Assembly: GCA_963422265.1 (NCBI GenBank)
Contig: OY729416.1
Span: 800,001-864,000, forward strand
Source of the DNA: Thermodesulfobacteriota bacterium
GTDB lineage: Bacteria; Desulfobacterota_D; UBA1144; Nemesobacterales; UBA2774
Direction: 5' to 3'
DNA: 64,000 bases
Shown here: in pieces, positions 51,546 through 61,900 of the stretch
How positions within the stretch are numbered: position 1 is the first letter of the stretch
Layout: the number at the start of each line of letters is the position of its first letter
The notes under the pieces: model-generated
The model's input: only the letters and a program-made list of their open reading frames with translations
Databases searched by the model: none
Told to the model about the DNA's origin: nothing
Translations under genes and position numbers: made by a program

Positions 51546-52973
51546 ATGAATAGAATTGAGGTTTTGGTAAAAGACAAAACGAATCTCATAATCGGTCTTT
51601 CGGGAATCCTCATTTTAATACTATCAAGCCTATTAGTATATATTTCCCCTGATTTCTCAGACGACGTAGCCCTAACCCAAAGACCCGTGCTTCTCCTTGT
51701 AGCCATACTCGTTGGCTCAGGAACTGTTTATCTGGTCACAATACTTAAAATACACAGAATACGCCTTACCAATAAGCAGTTGATATGGATAATAGCCGTT
51801 GGGGTTGTTCTTAGGATACTAACGTTGTTCTCGGTCCCAATCCTCGAGGACGATTACTTTAGGTATTTATGGGACGGGGCGGTAACCGCCAATGGAGGTA
51901 ATCCCTATGAATACTCTCCAAAAGAAATTATAGAAGGAAAAGACGTCCCACCCGAGCTTTCCTTACTTGTAGAAGAATCAGGCGATATTGTTCACAAAAT
52001 AAATCATCCTGACCTACGCACTATTTATCCCCCTCTAGCACAGGCATTTTTCGCACTTTCGCACTGGGTTCAGCCATGGAGCCTAATCCCCTGGAAAGTA
52101 ATACTTATAATTCTTGATCTAGCCACGCTTTCTCTCATCTTAAAGGCATTAGGAATACTGAAGCTTCCTAACTCATATCTAATGATCTACTGGTGGAACC
52201 CTCTATTATTGAAAGAAATATTCAATTCATGCCATCTGGACTTACTTGTTTTCCCTTTCGTTCTAAGCTCCTTAATAACAGCTGCTCAAAATAAACGTAT
52301 CCGATCCATGCTTAGCTTAATTATTGGCGTGGGCATAAAGCTCTGGCCGGCTTTTCTTCTGCCTATAATACTGCGTCCCCTCATATACAATCCCAAAAAG
52401 CTGTTAGGCACACTTGCAGTTACAGCGCTTTGTTTAGGCGCTTTATTTTTACCAATTTATTCCACCGGACTCGATCAGACCTCGGGGTTCATCGCTTATG
52501 GAAAGAGCTGGCAAAATAACGACTCCATTTTTAGGATAATCACCTTTATCTCCGGGCAAGGGCTTAACTTGCTCGGCTATGAATCATTTATTAAATACAA
52601 AGTCGCCCGCGTTATTACTCTCGCAATAATAGGAATATGGATTGTCTATTTGACAATAAGCAGAAACGCCGCTAAGAGAGATTTTTTTGAAAAATGCTTG
52701 TTGATTGTGGCTTTCATCTTTCTGGTAATCCCTACCCAATTCCCATGGTATTACACTTGGATCCTTCCGTTTCTAGTAGTGAAACCAAGATTTTCTTTGC
52801 TATTTCTAACGGTACTCCTCCCCCTCTACTACCTACGTTACTATTTTGAGCCGAGGGGCGAAATTGGGTTATTCACCAACGTAATAGTGTGGGTAGAGTT
52901 TGTCCCAGTCTGGTTGTTACTCCTTTGGGAGTGGAGGAAAGGACATGGTTTAGTTTTAGCCCGAAGGGCTTAA
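51546..52973 (+). CDS. Polytopic membrane glycosyltransferase (GT-C fold, GT87/DUF2029-like)
   Basis: EDDYFRYLWDG, INHP...TIYPP, WWNPL, FPWY; many TM segments. Confidence 0.78.
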   Translation: MNRIEVLVKDKTNLIIGLSGILILILSSLLVYISPDFSDDVALTQRPVLLLVAILVGSGTVYLVTILKIHRIRLTNKQLIWIIAVGVVLRILTLFSVPILEDDYFRYLWDGAVTANGGNPYEYSPKEIIEGKDVPPELSLLVEESGDIVHKINHPDLRTIYPPLAQAFFALSHWVQPWSLIPWKVILIILDLATLSLILKALGILKLPNSYLMIYWWNPLLLKEIFNSCHLDLLVFPFVLSSLITAAQNKRIRSMLSLIIGVGIKLWPAFLLPIILRPLIYNPKKLLGTLAVTALCLGALFLPIYSTGLDQTSGFIAYGKSWQNNDSIFRIITFISGQGLNLLGYESFIKYKVARVITLAIIGIWIVYLTISRNAAKRDFFEKCLLIVAFIFLVIPTQFPWYYTWILPFLVVKPRFSLLFLTVLLPLYYLRYYFEPRGEIGLFTNVIVWVEFVPVWLLLLWEWRKGHGLVLARRA

Positions 52974-53029
52974 CTTACCTGCTTAAAACTACGGTTTACT
53001 AACTTGTATATATTACTTATCATATTACT

Positions 53030-53170
53030 GTGAACAATAGAACTAAAGAAAAGCGTTTTCTTGAAGCTCTTGAAGAGATGTTTACAGGAGCGGAGGTTGA
53101 AGGGGATTCCGGATTCATCAACCTTGATCGGATGATGAAGACTTAGCTAAAAGTCGGCATTTTTTTCAGA
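53030..53170 (+). pseudogene. Probable N-terminal remnant of a type III R-M-like DNA methyltransferase (Mod)
   Basis: GTG..TAG (53030-53146) reads VNNRTKEKRFLEALEEMFTGAEVEGDSGFINL, with KSRHF in another frame just downstream; resembles from memory the 'F..AL...F.GA.VEG.SG.INLM..KS.Y' N-terminus of such methylases. Confidence 0.5.
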
Positions 53171-53196
53171 TCAGCATTTACAATAGGAGTAAAATT

Positions 53197-54400
53197 ATGC
53201 TGAGTAGCCAGGAAATAGAAGACATTATAAATAATAGAAGACATTATAAATAAAGGTGAAAGTGATCAGGTGGAATTTACTGAATCCATCAAAGACTTAG
53301 ACAAAATTCGGGAGGCAATTTGCGCCTTTGCTAACGATCTGCCTGCTCACGGGAAGCCCGGCTTCATATTCATAGGAATTAGGGATGATAAAAGTTGCGC
53401 CGACCTGAAGATTGATGACAAGTTATCACAAACTCTCGGCGGATTGCGAAGCGACGGCAAGATTCTCCCTTTTCCAAGCATGAATGTCACCAAACGGACC
53501 CTGAACGGCTGCGAAGTTGCCGTAATACAGGTGGAGCCTTCAGACAATCCGCCGATAAAAGTTGACGGTCGGTGTTGGATCCGAGTTGGACCAAGACGAG
53601 CTCAAGCTACCGCGGAGGAAGAACGCCTCCTCACAGAAAAAAGGCGTTGGGGAAACCTGCTCTACGATGCGCAGAGGGTGAGTGGCGCGTCCATAGATAA
53701 TGATTTGGATATGCGAAAATTTGAAAATGAATACCTGCCTAGTGCCGTGTCACCGGAAGTGTTGGAAGAGAACGACCGTAACCAGAAAGATCAACTACGT
53801 GCGCTGCGGCTGATAACTCAAGATGGAACGCCAACCGTTACGGCAATTCTCATGTTAGGCAAAGAACCTAACTATTGGTTTCCGGGTGCATACATTCAAT
53901 TTGTACGCTATGAAGGAAACGAGGTCACGGATGCCATTCTTAATAGCGTTAGCTTATTCGGCTCACTGCCGGATCAACTGCGCGAAGTAGATCGTCTTCT
54001 AAAACTGAACATCTCCACCGCTCTGAACACTCATGGGGAAAGGCACATTGAAGAACCGGATTACCCTTTTGCCGCGCTGCGCGAATTGGTCCGCAACGCG
54101 GTAATTCACCGGAACTACGAACATTTTAACGCTCCCGTGCGAGTCACGTGGTTTGTCGATAGCGTAGAAATCTGCAGCCCGGGATCAGCTTATGGTGCGG
54201 TAAACCGAGAAAATTTCGGGAAACCCGGTGCCACGGACTATCGCAACCCAACCATTGCGGAAGCCATAAGAAATTTAGGATTTATGCAAAAATTTGGAAT
54301 TGGTATCGCCAAGGCGCGCAAGGTACTGGAAGAAAACGGTAATCCCCAGCCAGGATTCTACGTCGGGCAAAACTTTGTTTTTGTCAAAGTGAAGAAACAA
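53197..54400 (+). pseudogene. Schlafen/AlbA_2 + HATPase_c_4 (RecG-C-like) protein, frameshifted near the 5' end and with its native stop lost
   Basis: AGGAG+ATG 53197; removing one 19-bp repeat gives MLSSQEIEDIINKGESDQVEFTES...ICAFAND...IFIGIRD; ALRELVRNAVIHRNY, SPG, RNPTIA, GIGI motifs; ORF track calls 53270-54484. Confidence 0.8.
53214..53251. repeat. Perfect 19-bp tandem duplication (AATAGAAGACATTATAAAT x2)
   Basis: Read directly; causes a TAA at 53251-53253 in the ATG-53197 frame. Confidence 0.92.
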
Positions 54401-55361
54401 CAAGGGCGGCGTGGGAAAAACCTCGCTGGTCTATCATCTTGCATGGATATTCGGAGAGCTTGGGCACCGTGTCATTGCAGTTGATTTGGATCCCCAAGCT
54501 AACCTGAGTGGGATGTTCCTTGATGAAAACAAACTGAGAGAACTTTGGGAGGACAAGAAACAAACTATTGATGGGGACATTGCTCCTCTGTTTGAAGGAC
54601 TTGGAGACATTGCCGCGGAACCACATATTCAATCAATCAGGGAGCGGATCGGTTTATTGGTAGGAGACCTTTCCCTTTCCAAGCGCGAAGATGATCTATC
54701 AGAACAATGGCCGAAATGCCTGGGCAAAGATAATAGAGCATTTCGTGTTATAACCGCCTTCTCAAGGTTGATTGCAAACGCAAAAAAAAATTTCCAGGCA
54801 GATCTAGCACTAGTGGACGTTGGTCCTAACCTTGGCGCTATTAACAGAGCCTCACTTATAGCTAGCGACCACGTAGTAATACCGCTTGCCCCAGATTTAT
54901 TCTCACTGCAAGGTTTATCTAATGTGGGTCCGATGCTACGGGACTGGAGAGAGGCATGGAAAGACCGCACTGACCGGAAACCGGAAGACCTAAACATTGA
55001 ATTGCCCAAAGGTAGCATGAAACCTCTCGGCTATATAGTCATGCGACACTCAATCAGATTGCACCGTCCAGTAAAAGCATATCAGAGATGGATCGCAAGG
55101 ATACCCGCAGAATACAGGGAAGCCGTTTTGCAACAAAGCAACTCTGAATCGCCAGCAATCGAACACGATGAACACCTTCTGGCACATCTGAAAGATTATC
55201 GTTCGCTAATGCCCCTAGCGCAAGAGGCGAACAAGCCTATGTTTATGCTGAAACCCGCCGACGGCGTTATAGGCGCACAGCAGAATGCCGTTAGTAATTG
55301 TTACGAAGACTTCAAATCTCTTGCGGAGAATATAATTCACAAGCTAAGCAAGGAAACATAG
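54396..55361 (+). pseudogene. ParA/Soj-like ATPase lacking its start codon and first beta-strand
   Basis: In-frame NNKGGVGKTS (deviant Walker A) from 54396, one codon after an in-frame TGA (54390-54392); DLDPQANL, DVGPNLGAINR, PDLFS.QG. Confidence 0.8.
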
Positions 55362-55459
55362 ATAACTGCCCCTGCCCTCGCCCTCGAACAAATCGCCCAA
55401 ACCCTGAACTATGGGACCTACCAGAAACCTGGCGCGTACCAGAGATTGAGCGATTTTCA
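55362..55459 (+). pseudogene. Possible N-terminal remnant of a type III restriction (Res) helicase
   Basis: AAGGA SD + ATA, ITAPALALEQIAQTLNYG then -1 frame DLPETWRVPEIERFS; resembles from memory the 'L..I...I....LP..W......FS' start of Res subunits. Confidence 0.4.
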
Positions 55460-55877
55460 CCTTTAAGACTACTGCGAAGAAAACGGCGCTTCTTCGGTAA
55501 TATAAATGTAAATACAAATGTCAATAGCAAGCTCTGGCGGACGCTGATCAAACTCCAATTAGGACTCAATTAGCGACGTCATATTTACCACCCAAGAGAG
55601 CTTAAATTATTATGAGGACCTGCCTCATAGAGACGTGGTTACCAGGTTAAAGAAAAGAGATAAAAAGGATAGAAAATGAACAGAAAGAGTAAAGAAAAGT
55701 GCCGAGAAAGTAACAAAAAAAGATGGAAAATGAAAGAGAATAGCTAGTTCTAACAGCTTTTAACACCCCGTCAATAGAACCCCCCACTCCCTCACGTCAT
55801 TACCAACTTGCCCATCATTCCCAGCTCTACTAGGAATCCAGATAGAGTATCGGGGGACGAGAGTTCATTCCCTACAC

Positions 55878-55918
55878 AATCCCCCCCCCTTTGCAAACGG
55901 GGATATAGCGGGGGATTT
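55878..55918. repeat. Nested C/G-run hairpin downstream of the autotransporter (repeat element or terminator)
   Basis: AATCCCCC-CCCCTTTGCAAACGGGG-ATATAGC-GGGGGATT; a degenerate TCATTCCC...GGAATCCAG element lies at about 55815-55841. Confidence 0.5.
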
Positions 55919-55953
55919 AATCTTTATTCTTTTAATCATAGCACATCTCCCCC

Positions 55954-58900
55954 CTACAATAACAGCTTCCACCATAATAGTATCCCGTGATCCACAACTC
56001 CACTAGAAACCTCTCTACGCTCCCCCTCCAAACTTATATCCATCCACTCCCCTATAACTAACTTGCCACCCAACCTATACTCACGCTCCCCCTCCCCCAT
56101 AATAGATATGCCACTGTATGGCGTTACAAGCCACCCACTACCTCGCGTCTCCATACCATATCCAACGTCAAACTTCACACGCCCAGGAGATAAACCACGC
56201 TCCCCTACTCCACTCTCAACCTCACCTCGCCACATTCGCTCTACTCCACTCGCTACCTCTCCCCACTCAGGCTCAAACATCAACCACAATCCACGTCCCC
56301 GAACCCCATCACCCATCCGCAATGAAAAACTACCTCCCCAATCCTCAAACTCAGACTCCTCATGAAACAACAAATACCTCCCTCGAACCTCCACGCTCAA
56401 ACCCAAACCTCTATGAACATACTCTATACCTCCGCCTACCTCCATACCTACTCCACTATCCGCATCTCCGCCGTCCCATCGCCCCCCTATCTCCACACTT
56501 GGTAGCAACAAAGAATCTCCTGTCACATACACGTCACGGCTCATCTCTAAACCTAATCGCAAACGACGCGCTACTCCACTAACACCAGAAAGACCTTCCA
56601 CCCCCTCTGTCTTTAACTGCACTGCAAAACCATCACTCTTTAACCCAAAATCTATATCTCCCCATCTAGCCAACTCCTGCCGCACTCCCAACGCTACCAT
56701 CAGCATATTTACGTCCGCCTCCACTTCTCCTGCTGCATCTTTCAACTCTACCTCACCTATTCCACCCCCTACCAAACCCCATATACTAAGACCAGGACGT
56801 ATAGTGTAGTGCGCATATGGAAGAACGCTTGTCAACTCCAAATCTACCTCCCCTCGGATACTACCTGTCTCTCCACTCATAAGATAAAAGCTACCATCCA
56901 CCTCATACTCCACCTCTCCAACACTACGGGATATCGCTACGCCCGCCAAACCCCTATTACCAAACCTATAGTCCAATCCCATGTAGCCCGTATACAACTC
57001 ACCCTCTGTATCTATATCTCCATCCAAATTACTACCAGAAAATCCACTACCCACACCACTGCCCCATAACGTCCACCCTCGCATCACACCACCCATATCA
57101 TCACCACTACTACTCAAAGGAATAGAAAATTCGCTCTGCGCAAACAAATCCCTCCCAGAAACACGCCGTAACTCAACAGGCTCTCGATCTAAACCCTCCA
57201 ACAATTCAATATCTGAACCACCACTCAGACCCAACACCCCATCCACAGCTCCTGCCACAGAACGAGTGTCAAACGATGTCATAGAAACACCACCCAATGT
57301 CAATTTAGGACTACCTGCCAGAGAAGAAGAAGAAACAAAACGTTCACCTATTACGTCCACCGCTCCGGTTGCAGCTGCCCGTCCAAAAGAAGCTAACACT
57401 ACAGAAAGAACACGGGCTCGCTCCTTTTCCTCGGCTGCACGAACCGTTATGCTAAATGACAACTCACTTGTATCGCCATCTACGTCCTCAGCCTTGTAGG
57501 TGAAATTCGTCTTAGCTAACGCCTTAGTCGGCGTGCCAGTGATAGCGCGGCGAGAATCCTTATTAAACTGGAGACCCGATGGTAGTAGAGATGATGGACT
57601 CAGACTGTAGGTAATAACACCGTCACCACCAGTAGCCTTAGGTAGAACAACATCAACGTCCATACCAACCGTCCAGACGTAGTCCCCAACGGATTCTGAA
57701 CCGAAAGTCGGCCTTTCCGAACCCAATACAAAAGTAGAAAAACTACTCGTTTCACCGCATACATAACCGCTGGGCGCCGATGCGGGCGACGGCAGCTTCC
57801 TCCACCCCGCACCTTCTACATCGGCAAGATGATATACCGATAGATTACCTGACAGCTCTTCGGGCTCCTCCAGACAGACGATGGCACTTGATGATGACGA
57901 GAGCTCCACGTCCAGATCTATATCCACGTAAGACGGTTTACCCCCAAAGCTCACGCCCGACGGCTCAGTAACAGTGGGCGCCGCCGGTGAAAACTCAATC
58001 TCCGTCACGCCGTGTCCAGATGGCAGCGTCAGCTTCACAGCCGTCTCGTCAACCGTTGCCGTGATGATGCTGCGACCACCGTCCTCTACTACATCAATAA
58101 TCGTGCCAGAGTCAGCACCGCTGATGTTAATCACCTTCGCAGTGGCAGTCGAGGTAAGAGATTCCGATGCCCCACCAGCGTCCGTCCAACTCACTACTAC
58201 TGTGATCACAGAACCTACGTCCGCCTGTGTCAGAACGTAGGTGCTAGTAGTGGCGCCGCTGATGTCAGTCCCGCCTCGCTTCCATTGATAGCTGAACGTC
58301 AGATTACTCGGACCGTCTGGGTCAACAATCGTGCCGGTATCCGCGGTCAGTGTCTGGCCCTGGGTCGCCGTCCCCGTAATGGTTACCGCACCAGTCGGCG
58401 AGTCGTTTACGTTCGCTACACTTGCTGTAGCAGCAGAGGTCAGAGATTCCACTGTACTACCGCTGTCCGTCCAACTCACTACTACTGTGATCACAGAACC
58501 GACGTCCGCCTGTGTCATAATGTAGGTGCTACTGGTCGCCCCGTTGATATCAGTCCCGCCTCGCTTCCATTGATAGCTGAACGTCAGACTGCTCGGACCG
58601 TCTGGATCAACGATCGTGCCGGTATCCGCTGTAAGCGTCTGCCCCTGGGTTGCCGTCCCCGTAATGGTTACCGCACCAGTCGGCAAGTCGTTTACGTTCG
58701 CTACACTTGCTGTAGCAGCAGAGGTGAGGGATTCCGATGTCCCACCAGCGTCCGTCCAACTCACTACTACTGTGATCACAGAACCGACGTCCGCCTGTGT
58801 CAGAATGTAGGTGCTACTGGTCGCCCCGCTGATGTCAGTCCCACCCCGCTTCCATTGATAGCTGAACGTCAGATTACTCGGACCGTCTGGGTCAACGATC

Positions 58901-61900
58901 GTGCTGGTATCCGCGGTCAGTGTCTGCCCCTGGGTTGCCGTCCCCGTAATGGTGACCGCACCAGTCGGCAAGTCGTTTACATTCGCTACACTTGCTGTAG
59001 CAGCAGAGGTAAGAGTCTCCACTGTACTACCGCTGTCCGTCCAACTCACTACTACTGTGATCACAGAACCGACGTCCGCCTGTGTCAGAACGTAGGTGCT
59101 ACTGGTCGCCCCGCTGATGTCAGTCCCACCTCGCTTCCATTGATAGCTGAACGTCAGATTACTCGGGCCGTCTGGATCAACGATCGTGCTGGTATCCGCG
59201 GTCAGTGTCTGGCCCTGGGTCGCCGTGCCGGTGATGGTGACTGCACCAGTCGGCGAGTCGTTTACGTTCGCTACACTTGCTGTAGCAGCAGAGGTAAGAG
59301 TCTCCACTGTACTACCGCTGTCCGTCCAACTCACTACTACTGTGATGACAGCACCTACGTCCGCCTGTGTCAGAACGTAGGTGCTAGTAGTGGCGCCGCT
59401 GATGTCAGTCCCACCTCGCTTCCACTGATAGCTGAACGTCAGATTACTCGGACCGTCTGGGTCAACAATCGTGCTGGTATCCGCGGTCAGTGTCTGGCCC
59501 TGGGTCGCTGTGCCGGTGATGGTTACCGCACCAGTCGGCAAGTCGTTTAAGTTCGCTACACTTGCTGTAGCAGCAGAGGTAAGAGTCTCCACTGTACTAC
59601 CGCTGTCCGTCCAACTCACTACTACTGTGATCACAGAACCGACGTCCGCCTGTGTCAGAACGTAGGTGCTACTGGTCGCCCCGCTGATATCAGTCCCACC
59701 TCGCTTCCACTGATAGCTGAACGTCAGATTACTCGGACCGTCTGGATCAACGATCGTGCCGGTATCCGCCGTAAGCGTCTGCCCCTGCGTCACCGTCCCA
59801 GTAATGGTTACTGCACCAGTCGGCAAGTTGTTGGTGTTTGCCACACTTGCTGTAGCAGCAGAGGTGAGGGATTCCGATGCCCCACCAGCGTCCGTCCAAC
59901 TCACTACTACTGTGATCACAGAACCTACGTCCGCCTGTGTCAGAACGTAGGTGCTACTGGTCGCCCCGTTGATATCAGTCCCACCCCGCTTCCATTGATA
60001 GCTGAACGTCAGATTACTCGGACCGTCAGGGTCAACGATCGTGCTGGTATCCGCCGTAAGCCTCTGCCCCTGCGTCACCGTCCCCGTAATGGTTACTGCA
60101 CCAGTCGGCAAGTCGTTTAAGTTCGCTACACTTGCTGTAGCAGCAGAGGTCAGAGATTCCACTGTACTACCGCTGTCCGTCCAACTCACTACTACCGTGA
60201 TCATAGAACCGACGTCCGCCTGTGTTAGAACGTAGGTGCTACTGGTCGCACCGCTGATGTCAGTCCCGCCCCGCTTCCACTGATAGCTGAACGTCAGATT
60301 ACTCGGACCGTCTGGATCAACGATCGTGCTGGTATCCGCGGTCAGTGTCTGGCCCTGGGTCGCTGTGCCGGTGATGGTTACCGCACCAGTCGGTGAGTTG
60401 TTATCGTCATCGGTCAGGGTGACACTGACACTGTCAATGACCACTGAGCTGTAGCCACCACCAGAGGCTGCATGGGTGATGGTGGTGCTTCTATCCCCAT
60501 CGGTGCTGTCGTCGACGCCGGTGACGGTGACTTGCTGTGCGGTATTCCAGTCGCTCGTGGTAAACGTCAGGGCTCCAGACACAGTAGCCACGCTGCTATT
60601 GCTGCTGGTGGGGGTGACGGTGACGGTGCCCGAGGGCTGGGTTGTTGAGTACTACAGTGTAGGTGTTGGTATTACTGTTGCCACTGGCTTCGGTTACCGT
60701 GACCGCACTCGTGGATAACGTGACGCCGACGGTGTCGTTGTCCGTGTTGGTCACCGACACGTCCGATGGGTCAATGCCGTTGTAGTTGCCGTCGCTGCTG
60801 ACGGCCGCGGCCAGTACGATGTTATAGGATTTATCCCCGTCGGCCAGGTTGTCATCTACCCCGGTGACGGTGACGGTCTGTGCTGTACTCCAGTTGGAAT
60901 TGGTGAAGACCAGGCTGCTCTTGTCAACCGTACCTTCACTGGTGTCGGAACTGGATACGGCGATAGTGACGTTAGATGTCGGTTGGGTGTCCAGTACGAC
61001 GTTGATGGTGTCGGTGCCGCCGGCTTCGGTGGTGGCGGTGCTGCCAGCGGTCTCGGTGACGGTGATATCGGCGGTGTCGTCATCGGTCAGCGTCACACTG
61101 ACGTCGGGAACATTCACTGCGTTGTAGTCACCACCACTGATTGCATGGGTGATGGTGGTGGTTCTATCCCCATCGCTGCTGTCATCCACGCCGGTGACGG
61201 TGACTTGCTGTGCCGTACCCCAGTTGCTCGTGGTAAACGTCAGGGAGACCGGGGATACGGTCGCCACGTCGCTATCGCCGCTGGTGGGCGTGACGGTGAC
61301 GGTGCCAGTCGGCCGGGTGTTGAGTACTACGGTGTAGGTGTTGGTATTACTGTTGCCACTGGCTTCGGTTACCGTGACCGCACTCGTGGATAACGTGACG
61401 CCGACGGTGTCGTTGTCCGTGTTGGTCACCGACACGTCCGATGGGTCAATGCCGTTGTAGTTGCCGTCGCTGCTGACGGCCGCGGCCAGTACGATGTTAT
61501 AGGATTTATCCCCGTCGGCCAGGTTGTCATCTACCCCGGTGACGGTGACGGTCTGTGCTGTACTCCAGTTGGAATTGGTGAAGACCAGGCTGCTCTTGTC
61601 AACCGTACCTTCACTGGTGTCGGAACTGGATACGGCGATAGTGACGTTAGATGTCGGTTGGGTGTCCAGTACGACGTTGATGGTGTCGGTGCCGCCGGCT
61701 TCGGTGGTGGCGGTGCTGCCAGCGGTCTCGGTGACGGTGATATCGGCGGTGTCGTCATCGGTCAGCGTCACACTGACGTCGGGAACATTCACTGCGTTGT
61801 AGTCACCACCACTGATTGCATGGGTGATGGTGGTGGTTCTATCCCCATCGCTGCTGTCATCCACGCCGGTGACGGTGACTTGCTGTGCCGTACCCCAGTT

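Noticed and set aside
54411-55361. Chromosome-partitioning parA
   Set aside because: No parB or parS nearby, the sequence resembles the longer stand-alone ParA-like ATPases, and the ORF-track start falls inside the Walker A motif.
55298-55573. 91-aa and 85-aa ORFs after the ParA-like gene
   Set aside because: They overlap the ParA end; only a short internal stretch looks protein-like and is better explained as a frameshifted remnant.
58012-59550. 512-aa plus-strand ORF and the many 62-217 aa ORFs between 56 and 64 kb
   Set aside because: Antisense or alternate-frame shadows of the repetitive adhesin gene; they recur at the 285- and 675-bp periods and have no independent protein features.
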